A stretch of DNA of 64,000 nucleotides from Bacillota bacterium (GTDB lineage Bacteria > Bacillota > Sulfobacillia > JAJZYS01 > JAJYTV01): NCBI GenBank assembly GCA_021847575.1, contig JAJZQO010000003.1, positions 14,411-78,410 on the forward strand. Direction: 5' to 3'. Position 1 is the first letter of the stretch. Each line of letters starts with the position of its first letter. Both the position numbers and the translations under genes were made by a program. This document shows positions 18,410 through 26,850 of this stretch, piece by piece. Below the pieces are notes generated by a model. It searched no databases, was not told the DNA's origin, and saw only the letters and a program-made list of their open reading frames with translations.

Positions 18410-19054
18410 GTGCGCAGGCTGGTTCCTCTTTTGGCCCTGACGGTGCTGCTCGGCGGGTGCACGCTGCACATGGGCAGCAGCGAGCCGGCGCCGATGGGCG
18501 GCTCCGCGACGGGCATCGTGTCAGGTGAAAAGGGCATGACTGGCGCCGGGTCCAGCCAGGGTACGGAAAGTGGCGGCGGATCTTCCGGCGGCGGGTCGTC
18601 GTCGCAGGGTCAGTCCGGCAGCAGCGGTTCGTCGGGAGGCGGAGGTGGTTCGTCGTCCATGGGCGGCGGCGGGAGCAGCAGCGGGGGCAGCAGCGGGGGC
18701 AGCAGCGGGGGCAGCAGCGGGGGCAGCAGCGGGGGCAGCAGCGGGGGTTCCTCCAGTGGCGGGTCGTCTTCCTCCGGCGGCGCCTCTTCCTCGCTCCAGT
18801 CTGCCTTGTCGACGCCAACGGGGCAGCAGGCCCTTGAAGCCTCGATGGAAAAGATCGTGCAGTCGCCGCGGATGTCCCAAACCATTTCGGCGGCAGTGCG
18901 TCAGGCGCTTATGCAGCTTCTTTCGGGTGGCTCCTCCTCAGGTGGCGGCAGCAGCAGCGGCGGTGGCAGCAGCAGTGGCGGCGGTGGCAGCAGCAGTGGC
19001 GGTGGCGGCAGCAGCAGCAGCAGCAGCGGCGGTGGTGGCGGCGGAGCAGCGTAG
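18410..19054 (+). CDS. Gly/Ser-rich predicted lipoprotein
   Basis: GTG at 18410 follows GGTGG. The signal peptide and lipobox read RRLVPLLALTVLLGGC. About 70% of the mature protein is G/S low complexity, flanking one ~45-aa helical segment (LQSALSTPTGQQALEASMEKIVQSPRMSQTISAAVRQALMQLL). Confidence 0.6.
   Translation: MRRLVPLLALTVLLGGCTLHMGSSEPAPMGGSATGIVSGEKGMTGAGSSQGTESGGGSSGGGSSSQGQSGSSGSSGGGGGSSSMGGGGSSSGGSSGGSSGGSSGGSSGGSSGGSSSGGSSSSGGASSSLQSALSTPTGQQALEASMEKIVQSPRMSQTISAAVRQALMQLLSGGSSSGGGSSSGGGSSSGGGGSSSGGGGSSSSSSGGGGGGAA
18677..18748 (+). repeat. tandem 12-bp repeat (AGCAGCGGGGGC) x6 inside the lipoprotein gene
   Basis: Five perfect copies and one near-perfect copy, read directly from the sequence. 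They encode (SSGG)n. A second, less regular GGC/AGC tract lies at about 18940-19045. Confidence 0.9.
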
Positions 19055-19338
19055 CGCGAGGGAGCTGAGGGTATCGGTGGGATCCATCGGCTACCGCACC
19101 CTCACCCAATGAGCCTTTGGTGATCAGGCGCTGGCAGGTGGGGCGAACCGTCTTGCAGGTGCAGAGCCGTGAAGACGGGATTGAACTGCTCTGCCGGTAC
19201 AGCAGCCAGGGCGTGGCGGATGACTGCGTCGCCGCGCACCGGGCCCCGCTGGCGCGGCGGTGCGCGCTGTCATGACACCGATGTGGACAAAGGAGACCGC
19301 TACCTGCGCGTCGAATCGCCGCCCTGGAGGCGAGGCCA

Positions 19339-20868
19339 TTGAGCAGGCGAGCGGCGGACATGCAATACGGTCTTGCCGTGGCTGGCCTGTTTGTCACTGG
19401 CGTCCTTGTCGCGTTCGCGGTCTTGCTTCTGCCGGGAGCGGTGCCAAGGCCCAACTGGCCGTGGCTGATCGCGTCTGTGGCTGTAGGCTTGGCGGCGGCC
19501 GTGGCCGCCTACTTGCGTCCCAAGCTGATGAAGCGCTTCGATCCGACCTACCTGGGCCTCGTGTTGACGGCGGTCAGCGTGCTGGCGACCGGTGGTCAGG
19601 ACTCACCGCTTTGGCCGTTCTACTTCCTCGCCGTGGTCGGTGCTGCGATGTTCTCGCCGTTCCGGCGGGTGCTTTTCGTAGCGGTCGCCGCAGCCGTGCT
19701 CAGCTTGGCCCCGGCCCTGCTTGGCCCTCTTACCATGCGCTTTATCGCGCAGGACTTCGTCATGATCATCGCTTTGGGCGTGATCGGCTATCTTTCGGCC
19801 TTTCTTTCGGCCGCGGCAAGGGAGCAGCGCAAGGTCCGCGGCCTGCTCGAGGACATCTTTCGCGCGAGCAGCTTCGAGCGGGGCGACGAACTGGGCTCGA
19901 TGCTGGGCGGAGTCGTAGCCGTGCTGAGGCGCCTGACAAAAGCCGACTACGTCATCTGCTACCTCCTGGCGGAGGACGGCCAGCAACTGATACCGGAGGC
20001 ATCGGACATCTCCCCGGGCGTGCCCGACGACGAGGCCATGGTGCTCCGCTCCTGGCCCGTCCCGATCGGCCAGGGGGTGACGGGCCATGTCGCCCGCTCG
20101 GGTGAACAGGTCCTGACCGGGGATCTGGAGCATGACCCGCGTTCGGTGATGATTCCAGGCACGCCGGACCTGTCCACGTCGGCCATTTTCATCCCCCTGA
20201 AGCTTGACGAGCAGGTGGTTGGCGTCCTGCGGGTGACGCACCGCGGGACCAACTTCTTCAGCGAGGCGGACCTCAGCATGGCGGAGGTCTTTGGCAGGCA
20301 CGCGGCCTTCGCAATCCAGAATGCCCGCCTCTATGCGGAGACGAGGCACCTTTACAGGAAGATGCGCGTGCTCAGCATCACGGATGGTCTGACAGGCTTG
20401 CACAACCAGCGCTACCTGGCGGAGGAGGCCCCGCGCCTCCTTGCCGAGGCACGAGCCGTGGGCCAGCCTCTCTCGGTGCTGATGATCGATTCCGACTGTC
20501 TCAAGTCCGTCAACGACCAGTTCGGCCACGCCTTCGGCGACGAGTTCCTGCGCGAACTGGCCGCGGTGATCCGCCGGGAGGTGCGCAGCGCCGACGTCGT
20601 CGTACGCTATGCCGGGGATGAATTCATCGCGCTGCTGGTGGACGCGTCAAGCGAGGCGGCGCGGCAGGTGGCGGAGCGCATCCGGCTTGCGGTGCAGGCC
20701 ATGCAGATCGGCATCGATGTACCTCTGGCTGTCAGCATCGGCATCGCAACGTTTCCCGACCATGCCGATGATCTCGACAGGCTGCTCCGTGCAGCCGACC
20801 AGGCGCTTTACGTCAGCAAGGGCGCCGGGCGCAACCGCAGCACCATCTTCACGCTGGCGGCCAACTGA
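19339..20868 (+). CDS. membrane-anchored GAF-GGDEF diguanylate cyclase (AGDEF variant)
   Basis: N-terminal ~5 TM segments, then a GAF domain (GQGVTGHVARSGEQVL), then a GGDEF domain (GLTGLHNQRYL ... RSADVVVRYAGDEF). The RSAD motif sits at the position of the RxxD inhibitory site. Confidence 0.85.
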   Translation: MSRRAADMQYGLAVAGLFVTGVLVAFAVLLLPGAVPRPNWPWLIASVAVGLAAAVAAYLRPKLMKRFDPTYLGLVLTAVSVLATGGQDSPLWPFYFLAVVGAAMFSPFRRVLFVAVAAAVLSLAPALLGPLTMRFIAQDFVMIIALGVIGYLSAFLSAAAREQRKVRGLLEDIFRASSFERGDELGSMLGGVVAVLRRLTKADYVICYLLAEDGQQLIPEASDISPGVPDDEAMVLRSWPVPIGQGVTGHVARSGEQVLTGDLEHDPRSVMIPGTPDLSTSAIFIPLKLDEQVVGVLRVTHRGTNFFSEADLSMAEVFGRHAAFAIQNARLYAETRHLYRKMRVLSITDGLTGLHNQRYLAEEAPRLLAEARAVGQPLSVLMIDSDCLKSVNDQFGHAFGDEFLRELAAVIRREVRSADVVVRYAGDEFIALLVDASSEAARQVAERIRLAVQAMQIGIDVPLAVSIGIATFPDHADDLDRLLRAADQALYVSKGAGRNRSTIFTLAAN

Positions 20869-20886
20869 CGAAAAGGGGTGGATAGC

Positions 20887-21231
20887 ATGGCGGATGGTGA
20901 ATTTCGCCCGCACAGCCTGGACTTGCTGACGCGGGTGCTGGCATCGTGTCGCGACCCCAAGGAATTGGAGAACCTGCTCAGGGAGGTCTGGACGCCAGGG
21001 GAACTCCGCGACGCAGCGCAGCGCGTCGAGGTGGCCGCACAACTCCTGGAGGGCAGCACCTACGAGACGATCGCCCAGCTGACGGGGGCGTCGACCGCCA
21101 CGATCAGTCGCGTCCGGCGCAGCATCGAACGCGGCGAAGGCACCCTTGAGCGGAGCCTCATGCGGGTGGGTCGCGGTGAGGGTGGACGCTATCGTCGACG
21201 CTCTTGGGTTGCAGGAGGAACGATTGAGTAA
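20887..21231 (+). CDS. yerC: TrpR-like YerC/YecD family protein
   Basis: Contains LLTRVLASCRDPKELENLLREVWTPGELRDAAQRVEVAAQLLEGSTYETIAQLTGASTATISRVRRSI, which matches the family well. ATG 20887 follows GGGGTGG. Confidence 0.75.
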   Translation: MADGEFRPHSLDLLTRVLASCRDPKELENLLREVWTPGELRDAAQRVEVAAQLLEGSTYETIAQLTGASTATISRVRRSIERGEGTLERSLMRVGRGEGGRYRRRSWVAGGTIE

Positions 21232-21800
21232 TGACTTCCACCCCCGTTGATGAGGCCGTGCGGCAACGCCGCACGGTCTACCGTTTCCGTCCGGATCCCC
21301 TGTCCGCGGATTTGCTCGAGGAGATCCTCTCGGCTGCGCGCTACGCGCCGAACCACAAGCACTCGCAGCCGTGGCGCTTCGTTGTGGTGCGCGGCGATGC
21401 GCTTTCGCGTCTCGCCGACCTCCGGGTGGAACTGCAGCGGCGGCGGGCTGCCAAGGAGGGCAAACCTCCAGGCGACCTGGGCCTGTTCCGGGCGGAGGTG
21501 GCGGAAGCGGCTGCCGCCGTCTATGTGGTGCAGGATCTGGCGCAGGACGAAAAGCGCAGGAAGGAGGACTTCGCGTCCTGCGCGATCGTCGCGTACATCG
21601 TGCAGCTCGTCGCCTGGGAACGCGGGGTAGGCGCGCGCTGGAACACGGGCCAGATCGCCCTCGCCGGCGATGTCCGGGATTTCCTCGGCCTCTCGGACGA
21701 CCAGGAGGTCGCAGCCTGCCTGTTCCTCGGCTACCCGGAGCAGATCCCCCCCGACTGGGTACACCGGCCGGTGGAGGAGGTAACCCGCTACATCGAGTAG
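21231..21800 (+). CDS. nitroreductase family protein
   Basis: Contains RRTVYRFRPDPLSADLLEEILSAARYAPNHKHSQPWRFVVV. Confidence 0.8.
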   Translation: MTSTPVDEAVRQRRTVYRFRPDPLSADLLEEILSAARYAPNHKHSQPWRFVVVRGDALSRLADLRVELQRRRAAKEGKPPGDLGLFRAEVAEAAAAVYVVQDLAQDEKRRKEDFASCAIVAYIVQLVAWERGVGARWNTGQIALAGDVRDFLGLSDDQEVAACLFLGYPEQIPPDWVHRPVEEVTRYIE

Positions 21801-22531
21801 CCACCGTCGACGGGCAGCGTGCAGCCGCTGATGTAGGACGCGTCGTCCGAAAGCAGGAAGGCGACGGCTGCGGCCACATCGTCCGGGTCAGCGAGTCTGC
21901 CCATGGGAATCGCCGTGCGCAGCGCGTCCCGCTCCGCGTCTTTGAGGCGGGAGAGCATCGGCGTCTCGACAGCACCGGGCGCCACCACGTTCACGGTGAT
22001 GCCACTGCGGCCGACCTCGTTCAACGTGGCTCGCGCAAGCGCGCCGAGCCCCGCCTTGGCTACCGCATAGCCAGCTTCCATTGCGCCGCCGCGCTGGCCG
22101 TAGATCGAACCGACCAGCACGATCCTGCCGAAGCGACGGCTGATCATGCCCGGCAGGAATGCGGCGAGCAGGCGGTAGGCGGCTCCGACGTGGACATCCT
22201 GCAAGTTCCTCCACATGGACAAGGGAAGGTCCTGCACGAGGGCGAACTGACTGATACCCGCCGCATGCACCACGCGGTATGGCGTGCCGACCCTGACGAG
22301 GACCTCCGCTGCGAAGCCGTCCACTGCGGCGAGATCGGTGAGGTCCGCCTGCAGGGGAATCGGCTGGGCGCCGCGTGCGTCAATTTCGGCGGCGAGTGCA
22401 TCGATTCGTGCCTGCTGCATGTGATAGTGCAGGACGATCTTGGTGCCGGGTAGCGCCAGACGGCGCGCGATCGCGGTACCGATGGCTCCGCTGGCGCCGG
22501 TGATGAGGATCGTGGACATCTTCTTGGGCAC
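21788..22531 (-). CDS. short-chain dehydrogenase/reductase (FabG-like)
   Basis: Contains ILITGASGAIGTAIARRL (TGxxxGxG), the YAVAKAG catalytic YxxxK, and NVVAPGAV. Confidence 0.8.
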   Translation of the reverse strand: MPKKMSTILITGASGAIGTAIARRLALPGTKIVLHYHMQQARIDALAAEIDARGAQPIPLQADLTDLAAVDGFAAEVLVRVGTPYRVVHAAGISQFALVQDLPLSMWRNLQDVHVGAAYRLLAAFLPGMISRRFGRIVLVGSIYGQRGGAMEAGYAVAKAGLGALARATLNEVGRSGITVNVVAPGAVETPMLSRLKDAERDALRTAIPMGRLADPDDVAAAVAFLLSDDASYISGCTLPVDGGYSM

Positions 22532-22574
22532 CTCCGGCCGGCGAGCTGGGCAATGGGAAGGAAGGTTAGACCTG

Positions 22575-23432
22575 ATGCTGATCTATCTGAACGGCAAGTA
22601 TCTCGACTACACGCAAGCTCAGGTGCCCGTGGACGAGCGGGGACTACAGTTCGCCGACGGCATCTACGAGGTGGCGCTCATCTGGGGTGGCCAGTTCGTC
22701 GACCTCGACCGGCACCTCGAGCGCTTGGAGCGGTCCGCGGCGGGCATCGAGCTTGACATGCCGCTCTCGCGCAGCGAAATTCGCGAAATCGCCGCGGAGC
22801 TCCTACGGCGCGAGCCGCAGAAACAGGCAGCCCTTTACCTGCAGATCACGCGCGGCGTGGCACCGCGTGACCATCGCTTTCCCGACCAGGCGAAGCCGAC
22901 CGTGATCGCCTACATCAAGGATGCGCCGGTCGATCACGTGGCACTGCAACAGGGCGTCAAGGCCATAACCGAACCGGACCTGCGCTGGTTGAGGTGCGAC
23001 ATCAAGTCCGTGTCGCTGCTGCCCAACGTGCTTGCGCGCCAGCACGCGGCGCAACGCGGTGTGCGCGAGGCGATCCAGGTGCGCGCAGGCGTCGGTGTGA
23101 CCGAAGGGTCTGCCACGAACATCTGGATGGTGCACCAGGGCAGCATCGTCACCGCCCCCGCGAGCAACTGGATCCTCTCGGGCATCGTGCGCAGCGTGGT
23201 GCTGGAGCTCGCCCGGGCCGAGAAGCTGCCCGTGGCGGAGCGCTTTGCGTCCGCCGAGGAGCTCTTCCAGATGGACGAGGTGTTCCTGACGAGCACCACG
23301 TCGTTCGTCATGCCGATCATCGAGATCGATGGCAAGAAGGTCGGGGACGGGGAGCCGGGTCCCGTGACGCTGCGATTGCAGGAACTCTACCTCGAACGGC
23401 TCGACCAGATTGCGCACGTGACGCTGGGCTGA
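22575..23432 (+). CDS. class IV aminotransferase (D-amino-acid / branched-chain type)
   Basis: Begins MLIYLNGKYLDYTQAQVPVDERGLQFADGIYEV and contains DIKSVSLLPNVLA and EGSATNIW. ATG 22575 follows GGAAGGAAGG. Confidence 0.8.
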   Translation: MLIYLNGKYLDYTQAQVPVDERGLQFADGIYEVALIWGGQFVDLDRHLERLERSAAGIELDMPLSRSEIREIAAELLRREPQKQAALYLQITRGVAPRDHRFPDQAKPTVIAYIKDAPVDHVALQQGVKAITEPDLRWLRCDIKSVSLLPNVLARQHAAQRGVREAIQVRAGVGVTEGSATNIWMVHQGSIVTAPASNWILSGIVRSVVLELARAEKLPVAERFASAEELFQMDEVFLTSTTSFVMPIIEIDGKKVGDGEPGPVTLRLQELYLERLDQIAHVTLG

Positions 23433-23504
23433 CTCGCCCGCCAGACCTTTTGAGGCCCGCCATCTCTCCGCCGCATATGCCATGGGCGGGAGGTGGCGGG
23501 CTTG

Positions 23505-23804
23505 GTGTCTATGCGGCCCGTGGCGTTCGAGGGCGGGACGGCGGTCGGAGTCGAGGTGGAACTGCCGCGCACGCACCTGGTGGTGATCAAGGCCGAGCAT
23601 GGTTTCCTGATGTGCGGCGCCCTTGATGTCGGCCTCCTCTCCACCAGGTTGGCCGCGCGCGAGATCGTCGCAGCCAGGGCCGTTGGCGTGCGCAGCATCG
23701 ATGAGCTCCTTGGGGCACCGGTCGAGTCCCTTACCCCGGCTGCGGAAGCTCGCGGCGTCCGCGTGGGTATGCCAGGAAGCGAGGCGCTCCGCTACATGAC
23801 GTGA
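23505..23804 (+). CDS. DUF1805 (YunC-like) protein
   Basis: Contains VELPRTHLVVIKAEHGFLMCGALDV. The start is ambiguous between GTG 23505, ATG 23511 and GTG 23493. Confidence 0.7.
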   Translation: MSMRPVAFEGGTAVGVEVELPRTHLVVIKAEHGFLMCGALDVGLLSTRLAAREIVAARAVGVRSIDELLGAPVESLTPAAEARGVRVGMPGSEALRYMT

Positions 23805-23970
23805 AGGGTCGGGAAGGGTGACGAGCACCGTCCCGTCTCCTTCCCCGCCGGGTTCCCTGGCGTCAAGGCACAGCCAAACCAGGACGGCCCCGTGCGATGG
23901 CGGGGCTTCTCAGCCGCGCTGCGGCTGGGGTCCCGCCGGGGCTCGAAAGCCGGGCTGGCGTGCGTTGCGG

Positions 23971-24330
23971 TCAGGAGGGATCCCGCGTCAGATCGCGGTA
24001 GATCCCCGCGCCGTAACCTGGCATCAGCCGGTCTGGCAGCCAGAGCAAGGGGCGGCGCAGCGACAGCGGGTCCTTGAGAAGCCGGTCCAGCACCTCGCCT
24101 TCCGCAAGGGAGACGAGGTCGACGCCCTGCGCCCGCCAGTGCTGGCCGCGCAGCGCTACGAGATCTCGCACCCCCCCGGGCAGCAGCTTGGCCATTTCAA
24201 CGAGTTCGGTGCGATCGGGCGCCTCTTTCGGGAGACGTCGTTCCGTTACCGGGAAGCCTATCTGCGAGAGCTCCGCCCTCGCCTTGCGGCAGGACGTTCA
24301 GCCTGGGTACCAGAAGAAGACTGCAGGCAA
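23971..24330 (-). CDS. ArsC/Spx/YffB-family thiol oxidoreductase-like protein with in-frame TGA at codon 11 (candidate selenoprotein, alternatively a nonsense pseudogene)
   Basis: TTG start at 24330, 8 nt after SD GGAGGTG. Translation: M-PAVFFWYPG-[TGA 24298-24300]-TSCRKARAELSQIGFPVTERRLPKEAPDRTELVEMAKLLPGG...LLKDPLSLRRPLLWLPDRLMPGY. The TGA sits where Spx has the first Cys of CTSCRKA. The track shows only the 74-aa tail (23971..24195). Confidence 0.6.
24264..24282 (-). other. SECIS-like hairpin downstream of the in-frame UGA
   Basis: The mRNA reads GCGAGGG-CGGAG-CUCUCGC: a 7-bp stem including one G.U pair and a 5-nt apical loop with G at positions 2-3. The stem starts 15 nt after the UGA. 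Confidence 0.3.
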
Positions 24331-24411
24331 AACTTTCGCACCTCCACGAGCCAAGTCTATCATGGAGGCCAGGTGCGCAGAGGCGACAAGTGACGACAGG
24401 AGGCCGACCCT

Positions 24412-25386
24412 TTGGCGAAGGCGTTTTCCGGCATTCAGCCCACAGGTGAGATTCACCTGGGCAACTACATCGGGGCGCTCAGGAACTGGCGCCCTGACGA
24501 AGGCTCATACTACTGCGTCGTCGATCTGCACAGCATGACAATGCCCTGGGACCCCGACGAGATGCGCCGCAACACGCGGGCCACGGCGGCGCACCTGCTC
24601 GCTTTGGGGCTGGGCGAACCTTCCCGCGTCTTTGTCCAGAGCCAGGTACCGGAGCACGCCGAGCTCAGCTGGATCCTCACCTGCCTCGGCCGCATGGGCG
24701 AGCTCGGGCGGATGACCCAGTTCAAGTCCAAGGGCCGTGGCAGACAGGACGTGTCCGTAGGGCTTTTCGCCTACCCACTGCTCATGGCGGCCGACATCCT
24801 GCTCTACCGGGTGCACGAAGTGCCTGTCGGGGAGGATCAGAAGCAGCACATCGAGCTCACCCGGGATCTGGCCCTGCGCTTCAACAGCCGCTTCGGCCCG
24901 GTCTTCACGGTGCCGGAGCCGCGCATTTCGGAAGTGGGGGCGCGCGTGCTCTCACTGCGCAACCCGACAGAAAAGATGTCGAAGTCGGATCCCGACCCCA
25001 ACAGCAAGATCCTCCTCACAGATCCGGACGACGTGATCCGCAAGAAGATCATGACGGCCGTGACCGATTCCGGCCGCGAGGTCTACTACGATCCAGAGCA
25101 GAAGCCCGGCATCGCGAATTTGCTCGAGATCGCCTCCACCCTCTCGGGCGTGTCCGTGGAGGAGATCGCCACAGTCTACCGCGACAAGGGCTATGGCGCG
25201 TTCAAGGGCGGTGTGGCGGACATCGTCATCGCGGCCGTTCATCCGCTGCGCGAGCGCGTGCTCGAGCTGCTTGGGAATCCCTCCGAGATCGATCAAGCCC
25301 TCGAGAGCGGCCGCGAGCATGCCCACGCGGAGGCCAAGCCCCTGCTCGACGCGGTCAAACAGGCGGTCGGGCTCCTGGTGCCTTAA
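24412..25386 (+). CDS. trpS: tryptophanyl-tRNA synthetase
   Basis: Contains SGIQPTGEIHLGNYIGA (HIGH-type) and KMSKS. TTG start follows GACAGGAGG. Confidence 0.95.
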   Translation: MAKAFSGIQPTGEIHLGNYIGALRNWRPDEGSYYCVVDLHSMTMPWDPDEMRRNTRATAAHLLALGLGEPSRVFVQSQVPEHAELSWILTCLGRMGELGRMTQFKSKGRGRQDVSVGLFAYPLLMAADILLYRVHEVPVGEDQKQHIELTRDLALRFNSRFGPVFTVPEPRISEVGARVLSLRNPTEKMSKSDPDPNSKILLTDPDDVIRKKIMTAVTDSGREVYYDPEQKPGIANLLEIASTLSGVSVEEIATVYRDKGYGAFKGGVADIVIAAVHPLRERVLELLGNPSEIDQALESGREHAHAEAKPLLDAVKQAVGLLVP

Positions 25387-25958
25387 CGGGATTCCGCAAG
25401 GTACGGTTGCATGATGGCGAGGAGCTGAGCGAGCGCCTCTGTCAACCGGCCGTTGTCGTTGGTGACGACTGCGTCGCATCGGCTCTGCTGGGCGAATTCC
25501 ATCTCCACGCGCTCGAGGCGGCGCTCGAGATCCTCACCAGGCGTGTCGCCCCGCGCGACCAGCCTGCGCCTCAACTCCTCCGGCGACGAGGGGCGGACAA
25601 AAATCGACGTGCTGCCTTCGGGAAATGCGGCCTTGACCGCAATTCCGCCCAGCACGTCGATCGACGTTATGCCGAGTACGCCACCCTCGATCGCCTCCTC
25701 GAACCGCTGGCGCGACGTGCCGTAGCGGTTGCCGTGGACCCACTGCCACTCGAGGAGATCGCCGCGGGCGATCAGGGCGTCGAATTCCTCGTCGCTGGCG
25801 AAGAAGTACTCGCGTCCGTGCAGCTCCCCGGGGCGGGGCGTGCGCGTCGTCGTGGTGGGGATGAATCGCACGGTCGGCACGACCTTGCGCACTTCCTGGA
25901 TCAGGGTGGTCTTGCCGCTGCCGCTCGGGCCGATGAGCAAAAAGATGTGACCCTGCAT
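25383..25958 (-). CDS. guanylate kinase family protein
   Basis: Contains the P-loop LIGPSGSGKTTL, then TTTRTPRPGELHGREYFF and GNRYGT. Confidence 0.8.
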   Translation of the reverse strand: MQGHIFLLIGPSGSGKTTLIQEVRKVVPTVRFIPTTTTRTPRPGELHGREYFFASDEEFDALIARGDLLEWQWVHGNRYGTSRQRFEEAIEGGVLGITSIDVLGGIAVKAAFPEGSTSIFVRPSSPEELRRRLVARGDTPGEDLERRLERVEMEFAQQSRCDAVVTNDNGRLTEALAQLLAIMQPYLAESR

Positions 25959-26301
25959 GATACACTCCTTGCCCTAAGGCGACTCGGCGCCAAGAGACCT
26001 TTTCCCCAGACTGCCAAGCACCTGTGCAGGTGTCAAGCCGACGACGTGCCTAGAAAGTAAAGTACTCGAAGTGGGATCGTTGTCTCAGCAAGCAATGGTA
26101 GGCGAAGGGATGGCTGTCCCCGGAACGCGAAGCGATCAGCAGACCTGCCTCGAAGGGAGGAATGGGCGATGTCTCGGCCGTTCAAGGAAGCGCCCAGCCG
26201 CAGGAACTCCCCTACGTGCCATGGTTGATCCAGGTGTCGGGGAGAACGCCAACAGTCGGCTGCTGGACATGCTTGCCCCAGCCGAGCTCACAGGTCGGCG
26301 C

Positions 26302-26850
26302 ATGCACCTGATCCGCCATGCGCAGCCGGAGATCGAGCCGGATGTGCCGCCGGAAAGCTGGCGACTCGCGCCGGAGGGTCAGCGCGATGCTCTTCGTCTC
26401 GCGGACAACTTGAGGCGCAACGCTCCAGCCCGGATCTGGAGCAGTCGCGAACCCAAGGCTATGGAAACGGCCCGGATCCTCGGGAGAGCTCTGGCATGTC
26501 CCATCGCCATGCACGACGGACTGAGCGAGGTGACGTTCGCGGCGGGATTTCTGACCCAGGCGGAGTTCGGCAGGCGTGTCGCATCGTTCCTCGAGGGCGA
26601 GGCCGATCCCGCGTTCGAGCCGTACGAAGAGGCACGGCGGCGCATCGTCGGGACGCTCGCGGAGGTTTGCCGGTACGAAGCCGGGGACATCGCTGTCGTC
26701 TCGCATGGGCGGATCCTGACGGTTCTACTCGCGGAGCTGCTGGGTCGCAGACTGGGTGCGAGCGCCTGGCGCAGGATCCCCATGCCGGGGTGGACGCTCA
26801 TCGATCTCGAGCACGGCACCGCGCTCGCCGGCTTCGCGCGGCAGTTCTAG
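26302..26850 (+). CDS. histidine phosphatase (phosphoglycerate mutase-like) family protein
   Basis: Begins MHLIRHAQPE (RHG-type motif) and contains VVSHGRIL. The start is uncertain; the track ORF begins at 26071. Confidence 0.7.
   Translation: MHLIRHAQPEIEPDVPPESWRLAPEGQRDALRLADNLRRNAPARIWSSREPKAMETARILGRALACPIAMHDGLSEVTFAAGFLTQAEFGRRVASFLEGEADPAFEPYEEARRRIVGTLAEVCRYEAGDIAVVSHGRILTVLLAELLGRRLGASAWRRIPMPGWTLIDLEHGTALAGFARQF

Noticed and set aside
24196-24411. T-box leader upstream of trpS.
   Set aside because: Only about 80 nt separate trpS from the divergent ArsC-like gene. No specifier hairpin or T-box sequence (AANNAGGGTGGTACCGCG-like) is present; GGGTACCAG at about 24304-24312 is only a partial resemblance and lies inside the opposite-strand CDS.
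26179-26238. Short ORF with a good SD (GGGAGG-8 nt-ATG) reading MSRPFKEAPSRRNSPTCHG-TGA-SRC, considered as a second UGA-recoding candidate.
   Set aside because: It has no family similarity. The frame after the TGA is simply the +1 frame of the histidine phosphatase gene, and there is no convincing downstream hairpin. It is most likely a chance ORF.
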